64,000 nucleotides of DNA from Squalus acanthias. Its lineage: Eukaryota. Of the stretch, positions 13,084 to 25,000 are shown in pieces. Both the position numbers and the translations under genes were made by a program. The notes below the pieces were generated by a model. That model ran no database searches, was not told where the DNA came from, and worked only from the letters and a program-made list of their open reading frames with translations. Positions within the stretch are counted from its first letter, which is position 1, and every line of letters begins with the position of its first letter. The stretch covers positions 186,001 through 250,000 of the forward strand of contig JASTWF010000523.1 in NCBI GenBank assembly GCA_030390025.1, written 5' to 3'.

Positions 13084-14845
13084 GAATCATAGAATCATAG
13101 AAAGTTACAGCACGGAAGGAGGCCATTTCGGCCCATCGTGTCCGCGCCGGCCAACAAAGAGCTATCCAGCCTAATCCCACTTCCCAGCTCTTGGTCCGTA
13201 GCCCTGCAGGTTAGAGCATCCCAAGTGCACATCCAAGTACTTTTTAAATGTGGTTAGGGTTCCTGCCTCTACCACCCTTTCAGGCAGTGAGTTCCAGACC
13301 CCCACAACCCTCTGGGTGAAGAAATTTCCCCTCAAATCCCCTCTAAACCTTCCATCAATTACTTTAAGTCTGTGCCCCCTGGTTTTTGACCCCTCTGCTA
13401 AGGGAAATAGCTCCTTTCTATCCACTTTATCTATGCCCCTCCTAATTTTATACACCTCAATAAGGTCTCCCCTCAGCCTCCTCTGTTCCAAGGAAAACAG
13501 ACCCAGCCTATCCAGTCTTTCTTCATAGCTAAGATTCTCTACTCCCGGCGACATCCTTGTAAATCTCCTCTCGAGTGCAATCACATCTTTCCTGTAATGT
13601 GGTGACCAGAACTGCACGCAGTACTCCAGCTGAGGGCTAACTAGTGTTTTATACAGTTGAAGCATAATCCCCCTGCTCTTGTATTCTATGCCAGGGCTAA
13701 TAAAGGGAAGCATTCCGTATGCCTTCTCAACCACCTTATCTACCTTCAGGGATCTGTGGACATGCACTCCAAGGTCCCTTTGTTCCTCTACAGTACTCAG
13801 TGTCCTACCATTTAATATGTATTCCCTTTCCTTGTTAGCCGTCCCCAAATGCATTACCTCACACTTCTCCGGATTAAATTCCATTTGCCACTGTTCTGCC
13901 CACCTGACCACTTTATTGATATCTTCCATGCAGTCTACAGCTTCCTTCTTCAGTATCAACTGCACAGCCGATTTTAGTATCATCTGCAAACTTCTTAATC
14001 ATACCCCCTATATTCAAGTCTAGATCGTTGATATATACCACAAAAAGCAAGGGACCTAGTACTAAGCCTTGCGGGACCCCACTGGAAACAGCCTTCCAGT
14101 CACAAAAACACCCATCAACCATTACCTTCTGCTTCCTGTCTCCGAGCCAGTATTGAATCCAACTTGACACTTTGCCCTGGATCCCATGGGCTTTTAACTT
14201 CGTGACCAGTCTGCCATGTGCAACCTTATCAAAAGCCTTGCTAAAGTCCATATACACTACATCAAACGTACTGCCCTCATCTACCCTCCTTGTTATCTCC
14301 TCAAAAAATTCAATCAAGTTTGTCAGACACGACCTTCCCTTAACAAATCCGTGCTGACTTTCCTTGATTAATCCGTGTCTTTCTAAATGAAGATTTATCT
14401 TGTCCTTCAAAATTCTTTCCAATAATTTTCCCACCACCGAGGTTAGGCTGACTGGCCTGTAATTACTCGGCCTATCCTTTTCTCCCTTTTTAAACAAGGG
14501 TACCACATTAGCAGTCCTCCCGTCCTCTGGCACCACACCTGAAGCCAGAGAGGATTGAAAAATGATGGTCAGGGCCTCTGCAATTTCCTCTTTTGCTTCA
14601 CTTAACAGCCTGGGATACATTTCATCCGGGCCTGGGGATTTATCCACTTTTAAAGCTGCTAAACCTTTTAATACTTCCTCTCTCACTATGTTTATTTCAT
14701 CTAATATTTCACACTCCTCCTCCCTGATTGCAATGTCTGCATCGTCCCTCTCTCTCGTGAAAACAGACGCAAAATATTCATTAAGGACCATACCCACGTC
14801 TCCCGCCTCCAGACACAGATTACCCTCATGATCTCTAATAGGCGG
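13084..14845 (-). mobile_element. CR1 LINE, 5'-truncated
   Basis: RT ORF fragments with [26 protein letters not shown]; (ATTCTATG)n tail at about 13085-13100. Confidence 0.92.
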
Positions 14846-14881
14846 GAGTGAGAGGTGATTGGCAGGGGCGGGGAGCTCCCA

Positions 14882-17100
14882 GCCAATCACCTCCGGCTCC
14901 CCCGCCTGCTCTCCCCGCCAATCACCGTCCTCTCCCGCTCCCCCCGCCAATCACCGCCCTCTCCCGCTCCCCCCGCCCTCTCCCGCTCCCCCCGCCCTCT
15001 CCTGCTCCCCCCGCCAATCACCGCCCTCTCCCGCTCCCCCCGCCAATCACCGCCCTCTCCCGCTCCCCCCGCCAATCACCGCCCTCTCCCCCCACCAATC
15101 ACTGCTCGCTCCCACTCCCCCCACCAATCACCGCCCGCTCCCGCTCCCCCCGCCAATCACCGCCCTCTCCCGCTCTCGCTCCCTGCCAATCACTGCCGTC
15201 TCCCGCTCCCCCCGCCAATCACTGCCCTCTCCCACTCCCCGCCAATCACCGCCCTCTCCCGCTCCCCCAGCCAATCACTGCCCTCTCCCACTACCCCCGC
15301 CAATCACCGCCCTCTCCCCCCCGCCAATCACCGCCCTCTCCCGCTCCCCCCGCCAATCACCGCCCTCTCCCACTCCCCCCACCAATCACCGCCCGCTCCC
15401 GCTCCCCCGCCAATCACCGCCCGCTCTGCCACTCCCCCCGCCAATCACTGCCCTCTCCCGCTCTCCCCGCCAATCACCATCCTCTCCCGCTCCCCCCGCC
15501 AATCACTGCCCTCTCCCGCTCTCCCCGCCAATCAGCTCCCTCTCCCACTCCCCCCACCAATCACCGCCCGCTCCCGCTCCCCCCGCCAATCACCGCCCGC
15601 TCTGCCGCTCCCCCCGCCAATCACTGCCCTCTCCCGCTCTCCCCGCCAATCACCGTCCTCTCCCGCTCCCCCCGCCAATCACCGCCCTCTCCCGCTCTCC
15701 CCGCCAATCACCGCCCTCTTCCGCTCCCCCCGCCAATCACCGCCCTCTCCCGCTCCCCCCGCCCTCTCCTGCTCCCCCCGCCAATCACCGCCCTCTCCCA
15801 CTCCCCCCGCCAATCACCGCCCTCTCCCGCTCCCCCCGCCAATCACCGCCCTCTCCCGCTCCCCGCCAATCAGCACCCTCTCCCCCCACCAATCACTGCT
15901 CGCTCCCACTACCCCAACCAATCACCGCCCTCTCCCGCTCCCCCCCGCCAATCACCGCCCTCTCCCGCTCCCCGCCAATCAGCACCCTCTCCCCCCCACC
16001 AATCACTGCTCGCTCCACTACCCCCACCAATCACCGCCCTCTCCCGCTCTCGCTCCCTGCCAATCACTGCCGTCTCCCGCTCCCCCCGCCAATCACTGCC
16101 CTCTCCCACTCCCCGCCAATCACTGCCCTCTCCCGCTCTCCCCGCCAATCACCGCCCTCTCCCGCTCCCCCCGCCAATCACTGCCCTCTCCCACTCCCCG
16201 CCAATCACCGCCCTCTCCCGCTCCCCCCGCCAATCACCACCCTCTCCCACTCCCCCCACCAATCACCGCCCGCTCCCGCTCCCCCCGCCAATCACCGCCC
16301 GCTCCCGCTCCCCCCGCCAATCACCGCTCTCCCCGCCAATCACCATCCTCTCCCGCTCCCCCCGCCAATCACCGCCCTCTCCCGCTCCCCTCGCCAATCA
16401 CCGCCCTCTCCCGCTCCCCCCACCAATCACTGCCCTCTCCCGCTCTCCCCGCCAATCAGCTCCCTCTCCCGCTCCCCCCGCCAATCACCACCCTCTCCCG
16501 CTCCCCCCGCCAATCAGCTCCCTCTCCCGCTCCCCCCGCCAATCACCGCCCGCTCTCGCTCCCCCCGCCAATCACCGTACGTCCCACTCCCCCCCGCCAA
16601 TCACCGCCCGCTCTCGCTCCCTCGACCAATCACTGCCCGCTCCCACTCCCCCCGCCAATCACCGCCCGCTCCCCACCAATCAGCTCCCGCTTCCCCCACC
16701 AATCACCGCCCTCTCCCGCTCCCCCCGCCAATCACCGCCCACTCCCACTATCACCGCCCGCTCCCACTCCCCCCGCCAATCACCGCCCGCTCCCCACCAA
16801 TCAGCTCCCGCTTCCCCCACCAATCACCGCCCACTCCCACTCCCCCCGCCAATCACCGCCCGCTCCCACTCCCGCTCCCCCCGCCAATCACTGCCCACTC
16901 CCATTCCCCCCGCCAATCACCGCCCGCTCCCATTCCCGCTGCCCCCGCCAATCACCGCCGGCTCCCACTCCCCCCGCCAATCACCGCCCGCTCCCACTCC
17001 CCCCGCCAATCACCGCCCGCTCCCACTCCCGCTGCCCCCGCCAATCACCGCTCGCTCCCACTCCCCGCCCCCGCCAATCACCGCCCGCTCCCCGCCCATT
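14882..17100. repeat. C-rich minisatellite, unit about 29 bp, roughly 70 copies, nearly all with a CCAAT box
   Basis: Unit CCAATCACCGCCCTCTCCCGCTCCCCCCG with variants. Confidence 0.95.
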
Positions 17101-17106
17101 GTCTTT

Positions 17107-17119
17107 GTTGCCTAGCACC
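17107..17119 (+). promoter_or_regulatory. RFX X-box-like motif
   Basis: GTTGCCTAGCACC, one mismatch to the RFX site GTTGCCTAGCAAC; lies just after the CCAAT/GC-box array and 60 nt before the putative leader ATG. Confidence 0.4.
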
Positions 17120-17178
17120 GGGAGCCTTGTCAAGGGAGGCTGCGGTCAACAGGCGGCCCTGTGCCTGGTTTGGGTAAA

Positions 17179-17277
17179 ATGGACTCCACCTGGAGCCGGG
17201 GGGCCTGAGCCGTGGATCCAGACCAATCCTCCGCCAGGGGTTATAGACATTCTTCATCGTTCACTCCTCATCCACAG
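17179..17277 (+). pseudogene. Possible decayed leader exon of the IgSF pseudogene
   Basis: ATG in context AAAATGG; repaired MDSTWSRG/LSRGSRPILRQGL*TFFIVHSSST-(V); ends CAG|GT in phase 1; one frameshift and one stop. Confidence 0.35.
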
Positions 17278-18330
17278 GTTGAAGGTTGAGGGCTGATGTG
17301 ATAGAGGTGTCCAGGATTATGACGGGTTTGGATAGGCTAGATGGGGAAAGACTGTTCCCACTAGTTGATGGTACAAGGACTCGGGGACACAGATTTAAGA
17401 TTTTGGGCAAGAGATACAGGGGGGATGTGAGGAAAAACTTTTTTACGCAGCGAGTGGTGAGGACCTGGGACTCACTGCCGATGGAAGTGGAGACACTCAA
17501 TGTTTTCAAGGGGAGACTGGATAGGCATTTGAGGGAAATAAACTTGCAGGGCTACGGGGATAGAGCGGGGGAATGGGACTGACCGGATTGCTCTACAGAG
17601 AGCCGGCACGGACTCGATGGGCCAAATGGCCTCCTTCTGTGCTGTTATGACTCTGTGACTCCCTCTGTGGTCTGAGAGAGTCAGCATGCAGCTGCAGCAA
17701 GCAATTAGGAAGGCAAATGGCATGTTGGCCTTTATTGCAAGCGGGTTGGAGTACAAGAGTGAGACCGCACCTGGAGCACTGTGCACAGTTTTGGTTTCCT
17801 TATTTAAGGAAGGATATACCTGCCCCAGAGGCGGTGCAACGAAGGCTCACTGGATTGATCCCTGGCATGAGAGGGTTGCCCTATAAGGAGAGATTGAGTA
17901 GATTGGGTCGATATTCTCTGGAGTTTAGAGGAATGAAAGGTGATCTCATTGAAACATACAAGATTCTGAGGGAGATTGACAGGGTAGATGCTGACAGGTT
18001 GTATCCCCAGGCTGGAGAGTTTAGAACTAGGGGGCATAGATTCAGGATAAGGGGTCGACCATTTAAAAGACTGAGATGAGGAGGAGTTTCTTCACTCAGA
18101 GGGTTGTGAGTTGTAGGGATTCTCTACCCCAGAGGGCAGTGGATGCTCAGTCGTTGAGCATATTCAAGGCTGAGATTGATAGATTATTGGACTTGAGGGG
18201 AAGCAAGGGATATGGGGATAGTGCAGGTAAGTGGAGTTGAGGTCGATGATCAGCCATGATCTTACTGAATGGCAGAGCAGGCTCGAAGGGCCATATAGCC
18301 TACTCATACTCTTATTTCTTATGTTCTTAA
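17278..18330 (+). mobile_element. Two tandem CR1 3' fragments (17278-17660 and 17680-18330)
   Basis: CR1 C-terminal motifs and 3' tails. Confidence 0.85.
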
Positions 18331-18342
18331 GTTCCATTCCAG

Positions 18343-18694
18343 TACTTCACTATTGCACTGTCAGAGCAGCAATACCAGCCTCCCTGAACTTCCTCACTAA
18401 TCTCTCCATTGGAGAAGACATCAGGTTTCCAATCAATCACCGTAGCGATGAGAAGTATGAAGTGACATTTGGACGCAGATCCCGGTCAGTCTTAAAATCA
18501 TGGCTTGGAACTCTGACCAGCCAGAGAGACTGTATGTGACTCAGCCTTACTACGAACACTGGGTTCAGTTCCACCAAGATGGCTTTATTGAGCTACAGAA
18601 CTTGATGACAATGGGGTGTATGAGATACAGACGGACTACCTTGGAAAACAACTGAGGAACAATGACTGGGTTCCATTTAAACTGTGTGTGTTTG
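18343..18694 (+). pseudogene. Frameshifted Ig V-set exon, CD2/SLAM/CEACAM/HEPACAM-type N-domain
   Basis: TTCCATTCCAG acceptor, phase-1 TG|GTGAGT donor. Repaired translation: LSIGEDIRFPINH...YEVTF..S/PVSLKIMAW...YYEHWVQFHQDGFIELQN/DDNGVYEIQTDY...FKLCVF. DxGxY motif present, no B/F-strand Cys pair; frameshifts near 18483 and 18602. Confidence 0.7.
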
Positions 18695-18864
18695 GTGAGT
18701 ACCGAGAGACCAGTCAGAATGCTAGTTGCTAACCGCCTGGATATAGCAACAGTAGGAGGCAATTCAGCCCCTCCAGACTGTTCCACCAGTCAATTAGATT
18801 ATGGCTGATCTACATCTCAACTTCATTTACCCACCTTGGCTCCATATCCCTTGATAGCCCACAG

Positions 18865-19332
18865 TGACAACTGTGGCTCAGTGGGTAGCACACTCACCTC
18901 TGAGGCAGAAGGTTGTGGGTTCATAGTCCCTCTCCAGGGACCTGAGCACATAAAGCTAGGCTGACACTCCCGTGCAGTGCTGAGGGAGTGCTGCACTGTC
19001 GGAGGTGCCGTCTTTCGGATGCGACGTTAATCCGAGGCCCCGTCTGCTCTCTCAGGTGGACGTAAAAGATCCCATGGCACTATTTCGAAGAGGAGCAGGG
19101 GAGTTATCCCCAGTGTCCTTTCCAATATTTATCCCTCAACCAACATAACAAAAACAGATTATCTGGTCATTATCACATTGCTGTTTGTGGGAGCTTGCTG
19201 TGCGCAAATTGGCTGCCGCATTTCCCACATTACAATAGTGACTACACTCCAAAAGTACTTCATTGGCTGTAAAGCACTTTGAGACGTGCGGTGGTCGTGA
19301 AAGGCGCTATATAAATGCAAGTCTTTCTTTCT
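18865..19332 (+). mobile_element. tRNA-derived SINE with Deu-like core and L2-type tail (SacSINE1/DeuSINE-like)
   Basis: A box TGGCTCAGTGG, B-box-like GGTTCATAGTCC, GTGCAGTGCTGAGGGAGTGCTGCAC core, tail GGCGCTATATAAATGCAAGTCTTTC. Confidence 0.8.
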
Positions 19333-19462
19333 CATACCCTGGCTAGCAAAAGTCTATCGATCTCCGGTTTTAAATTTTTAATTGACCCACAGCCTTTTGG
19401 GAAAGAGTATTCCAGATTTCCATTACACTTTATGTGGGAAAATGATTCCTGATTTCACTGCT

Positions 19463-19665
19463 AAGTCACACACCATCCTGACTTGGAAGTATATTGGCTG
19501 TTCCTTCATCATCGCTGGGTCAAAATCCTGGAACTCTCTCCATAACAGCACTGTGGGAGTACCTTCACCACACGGACTGCAGCGGTTCAAGAAGACGGCT
19601 CACCACCTCCTTCTCGAGGGCAATTAGGAATGGGCAATAATTGTCAGCCTTGCCACTGACGCCCA
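19463..19665 (+). mobile_element. Family-B LINE 3' fragment
   Basis: GSKSWNSL...HHLL motif. Confidence 0.7.
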
Positions 19666-19982
19666 AAGTACAAACAATGCCAAAAAACTCAAAAAATCTG
19701 ATCAGAGTTTGCAGTTAAAGTGTAAAATAAAGCATCTACTGAAAAGTGTATTCCTTGTATGTCATATTGTACAAACATCATTCTCCCCAGTGATGTTAAG
19801 ACTCTGCAGGTTATATTGAAATACTCTGGCTGGTTGGTGGTAGAAGCAGAGAAACACAAGATGTTTGAGCGGAGTCATTAACCTGTTTAACAGAAATGGG
19901 CTAAATAAATGTAACCGTACCGTGTGAAATTACACATGACATGGTACAGGTTAATTAAATGTTATCCATAACCAATTTCTAG

Positions 19983-20192
19983 GCCGATGTTCCTGAATCT
20001 TCACAGAATTGCTGAGATCGGGATTGCCGACAAGAGTCTGAAAACAGTAAAACGTGGAGTAAATGGGGCCACAAAACGAGCAAGGAAATGCTTCAAATTT
20101 CTGGAATAAAACACCACTCAAATCAACCTCATTGTTTCCACGGATCTGTTTATTCACTCTGTAAAAAGCCAGTGACATGGAAACACCGATAA
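19983..20192 (+). pseudogene. Possible decayed cytoplasmic terminal exon of the IgSF pseudogene
   Basis: TTTCTAG acceptor, 70 codons with one internal TGA, ends ...GSVYSLCKKPVTWKHR*. Confidence 0.25.
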
Positions 20193-20526
20193 ACATGTTG
20201 ATCATTTGTAGCATTAGCAAATTTATATAATCTATTATACTGAAAGAAGCCTTTACAAACATTAACTGTTACTATTGAGTGATGGAAACTCGGCAATAAT
20301 CCCTCGGAACAGCTGGACCCCGGGGCTGACATCCCTGGGCTTGGCCACTCTATGTGTCGCTCCCAAAGTAGAGATTAGCCCAGTGCTGGAATAATGCTGT
20401 TACAGCAAGAATATAAAACACTGCGAGCAGGAACACGAGTCCTGGTGACCTGAGCCTCAAAACTGCCTCCGAACAATTCCCTGCCCACAATATAATCATG
20501 GGAGAGAGCACGGGGCTGGTACAACA

Positions 20527-21230
20527 GGACTGAGTTAGAGTCACTTCACTCCGGATCGGGACTGAGTTACAGACACTTCACTCCGGATCGGGACTGAGTT
20601 ACAGACACTTCACTCCGGATCGGGACTGAGTTACAGACACTTCACTCCGGATCGGGACTGAGTTACAGACACTTCACTCCGGATCGGGACTGAGTTACAG
20701 ACACTTCACTCCGGATCGGGACTGAGTTACAGACACTTCACTCCGGATCGGGACTGAGTTACAGACACTTCACTCCGGATCGGGACTGAGTTACAGACAC
20801 TTCACTCCGGATCGGGACTGAGTTACAGACACTTCACTCCGGATCGGGACTGAGTTACAGACACTTCACTCCGGATCGGGACTGAGTTACAGACTCTTCA
20901 CTCCGGATCGGGACTGAGTTACAGACTCTTCACTCCGGATCGGGACTGAGTTACAGACTCTTCACTCCGGATCGGGACTGAGTTACAGACTCTTCACTCC
21001 GGATCGGGACTGAGTTACAGACACTTCACTCCGGATCGGGACTGAGTTACAGACACTTCACTCCGGATCGGGACTGAGTTACAGACACTTCACTCCGGAT
21101 CGGGACTGATTACAGACACTTCACTCCGGATCGGGACTGATTACAGACGCTTCACTCCGGATCGGGACTGAGTTACAGACACTTCACTCCGGATCGGGAC
21201 TGAGTTACAGACACTTCACTCCGGATCGGG
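20527..21230. repeat. 32-bp minisatellite, about 22 near-identical copies
   Basis: Unit GACTGAGTTACAGACACTTCACTCCGGATCGG. Confidence 0.95.
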
Positions 21231-21434
21231 TCTGCTAACCTCGCAGATTGATCGGGTAATATCTCCACAGGAATTCCAGGCTGTGGTCTCTGGAGGGGCA
21301 GAGACTCTGTTCCAGTCCAGGTTGGGCGGGGATGATAAGTTGCAGGGTGAGGGTGGGAGGGTTATTCAGTGACCCTCGGCCCTGCTGGGGTTCCAGTCAA
21401 ACACTGATTACAAACTGAGTTACAATTGGGAATG

Positions 21435-21440
21435 TTTATT
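21435..21440 (-). terminator. Putative polyadenylation signal of the BTN-like gene
   Basis: TTTATT on + (AATAAA on -), about 77 nt after the stop codon. Confidence 0.55.
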
Positions 21441-21516
21441 ACACAGAAACACCCGGGAGCAAATGGAATGAGAAACTGAAATTGGGGATAAAATGATGGA
21501 AACAGACCCATTACTG

Positions 21517-22058
21517 TCAGTGACCTTTAACCCCGCAGATTCCCAGCGGGGCGATGTTTTTCCCGTCGTTATTCAATTCCGGACTGAAGATGGGAAAGAT
21601 TCTCTCAGTGAAAGTGTGGGTGAAAGTGTGGAGTTCGGACATGTTGTTCGCATTGTAAAATATCACCTGTCCGCCCTCATAGTCCAGGTACACCCCGATC
21701 CTCCGGGGCTTCACACTCGGGGTGAGGCGGGTCGGTGGGGAGGTGAAGGCAAGATAGACACTTCCGAGGAACAGCCTCACAATCCAGTATCCGCTCTCAG
21801 GTCTCAGGGCGATAAACCCTTTCCTCTCGGCAGACTCTCGTACCACTCCCAGAATCCACTCAGTCTTGTTCCCCACCTCCACCTCCCAGTAGTGTCTCCC
21901 TGATGTGAATCCCTCCGATCCCAGGACACAGAACCACCGATCAAACCTCTTCGGGGTGTCAGGGACGTCCTGCGGTTTGTCTCCGAGACTCACACTGGTC
22001 CGGTCCTCAGACACGATGAGCTGGGGATTCGCTGTGTCCGGATCCAGAGTCACTGTAA
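21517..22058 (-). CDS. BTN-like terminal exon: B30.2 (PRY-SPRY) domain
   Basis: [14 protein letters not shown]...[25 protein letters not shown]...[10 protein letters not shown]; acceptor TTTTTATTGCAG; stop at 21517. Confidence 0.95.
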
Positions 22059-25000
22059 CTGCAATAAAAATATTAAACTGAGTCCGGCACCTGGAGCTCG
22101 AACCATCACCGATCAGGAGCAAAAACCCGGAGCGGCCTGATCCCAGCTAGCAGACCCACATTCACACCGGGTGTAATCCCGGTCCGGACCGGCTCAGTGT
22201 ACCTGCAGGTCACACACAGACCCAACTCCACATTCACACCCGGTGTAATCCCGGTCCGGACCGGCTCAGTGTACCTGCAGGTCACACACAGACCCAACTC
22301 CACATTCACACCCGGTGTAATCCCGGTCCGGACCGGCTCAGTGTACCTGCAGGTCACACACGGACCCAACTCCACATTCACACCCGGTCCAATCCCGGTA
22401 CTGACCGGCTCAGTGTACCTGCAGGTCACACACAGACACAACTCCACATTCACACCCGGTGTAATCCCGGTCCGGACCGGCTCAGTGTACCTGCAGGTCA
22501 CACACGGACCCAACTCCACATTCACACCCGGTCCAATCCCGGTACTGACCGGCTCAGTGTACCTGCAGGTCACACACAGACACAACTCCACATTCACACC
22601 CGGTGTAATCCCGGTCCGGACCGGCTCAGTGTACCTGCAGGTCACACACAGACCCAACTCCACATTCACACCCGGTGCAATCCCGGTACTGACCGGCTCA
22701 GTGTACCTGCAGGTCACACACGGACCCAACTCCACATTCACTCCCGGTGCAATCCCGGTACGGACCGGCTCAGTGTACCTGCAGGTCACACACGGACCCA
22801 ACTCCACATTCACACCCGGTGTAATCCCGGTCCGGACCGGCTCAGGGTACCTGCAGGTCACACACAGACCCAACTCCACATTCACACCCGGTGTAATCCC
22901 GGTCCGGACCGGCTCAGTGTACCTGCAGGTCACACACACCCAACTCCACATTCACACCCGGTGTAATCCCGGTCCGGACCGGCTCAGTGTACCTGTAGGT
23001 CACACACACCCAACTCCACATTCACTCCCGGTGTAATCCCGGTACGGACCGGCTCAGTGTACCTGCAGGTCACACACGGACCCAACTCCACATTCACTCC
23101 CGGTGCAATCCCGGTACGGACCGGCTCAGTGTACCTGCAGGTCACACACAGACCCAACTCCACATTCACACCCGGTCCAATCCCGGTCCGGACCGGCTCA
23201 GTGTACCTGTAGGTCACACACACCCAACTCCACATTCACTCCCGGTGTAATCCCGGTACGGACCGGCTCAGTGTACCTGTAGGTCACACACACCCAACTC
23301 CACATTCACACCCGGTGCAATCCCGGTACGGACCGGCTCAGTGTACCTGCAGGTCACACACACCCAACTCCACATTCACACCCGGTGTAATCCCGGTCCG
23401 GACCGGCTCAGTGTACCTGCAGGTCACACACGGACCCAACTCCACATTCACACCCGGTGTAATCCCGGTCCGGACCGGCTCAGTGTACCTGCAGGTCACA
23501 CACACCCAACTCCACATTCACACCCGGTGTAATCCCGGTCCGGACCGGCTCAGTGTACCTGTAGGTCACACACAGACCCAACTCCACATTCACACCCGGT
23601 GCAATCCCGGTCCGGACCGGCTCAGTGTACCTGTAGGTCACACACAGACCCAACTCCACATTCACTCCCGGTGTAATCCCGGTACGGACCGGCTCAGTGT
23701 ACCTGTAGGTCACACACAGACCTAACTCCACATTCACACCCGGTGTAATCCCGGTACGGACCGGCTCAGTGTACCTGCAGGTCACACACACACCCAACTC
23801 CACATTCACTCCCGGTGCAATCCCGGTACTGACCGGCTCAGTGTACCTGCAGGTCACACACAGACCCAACTCCACATTCACACCCGGTGTAATCCCGGTC
23901 CGGACCGGCTCAGTGTACCTGCAGGTCACACACAGACCCAACTCCACATTCACACCCGGTGTAATCCCGGTCCGGACCGGCTCAGTGTACCTGCAGGTCA
24001 CACACGGACCCAACTCCACATTCACACCCGGTCCAATCCCGGTACTGACCGGCTCAGTGTACCTGCAGGTCACACACAGACACAACTCCACATTCACACC
24101 CGGTGTAATCCCGGTCCGGACCGGCTCAGTGTACCTGCAGGTCACACACGGACCCAACTCCACATTCACACCCGGTCCAATCCCGGTACTGACCGGCTCA
24201 GTGTACCTGCAGGTCACACACAGACCGGACCCAGTCCAATAATCACTTTCAGACCATTTCTCTCGGTCTCTCTCCAGTCTGGGGATTGGCCCATTCAGCC
24301 ACTTTGACCCTGAACCCCACCCCGTGAGCAGGAGCAGACCCTCACCCTTCCAAACAGATTGAGAGTCAATGATTGTAGGAAAGGGACAAGTAAAATACAC
24401 ACACACCAGGGACAGGCTGAGATGATTTTAAACATCTCCATCATATAAACATCCGGCTGTTTAGCCCGTTTCCTACAGGTGCTGTGCGAATCTGAATGTT
24501 TATCAGTCACTTCCTCCCCCATCATATTTCAAAAATGAGAAGTCGCACAACACCAGGTTATAGTCCAACAGATTTATTTAATTTTACAAGCTTTCGGAGC
24601 TATCGCTCCTTCGTCAGGTAAGTTAGCAATGAGAGAATCTCCCAGAATTCACAATTTAAACCCAGACAAAATCTATTCACATTATTCGCTACAACAAAGA
24701 GCACAGCCAAGACAATGAGATGTGTCCCAGGGGGTCCAGCGTGTCAAACCACCTGCTGGCTGCATATCCTGTCAATTTGTGTTCTTGTGTTTTTAAACCA
24801 CATAAAAACACAAGAACACAAATTGACAGGATATGCAGCCAGCAGGTGGTTTGACACGCTGGACCCCCTGGGACACATCTCATTGTCTTGGCTGTGCTCT
24901 TTGTTGTAGCGAATAATGTGAATAGATTTTGTCTGGGTTTAAATTGTGAATTCTGGGAGATTCTCTCATTGCTAACTTACCTGACGAAGGAGCGATAGCT

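Noticed and set aside
14848-17296. 755-813-aa proline-rich ORFs in three frames
   Set aside because: Translations of the stop-free C-rich minisatellite; open in all + frames, no domain.
18865-18940. tRNA gene
   Set aside because: It is a SINE head followed by Deu core and LINE tail; no complete cloverleaf.
20527-21230. CRISPR-like regular 32-bp repeat
   Set aside because: No unique spacers, vertebrate context, no cas genes.
21493-21903. 136-aa + strand ORF
   Set aside because: Antisense shadow of the B30.2 exon.
24689-24909. Mirror 64-aa ORFs on both strands
   Set aside because: A consequence of the perfect palindrome; pLTR non-coding sequence.
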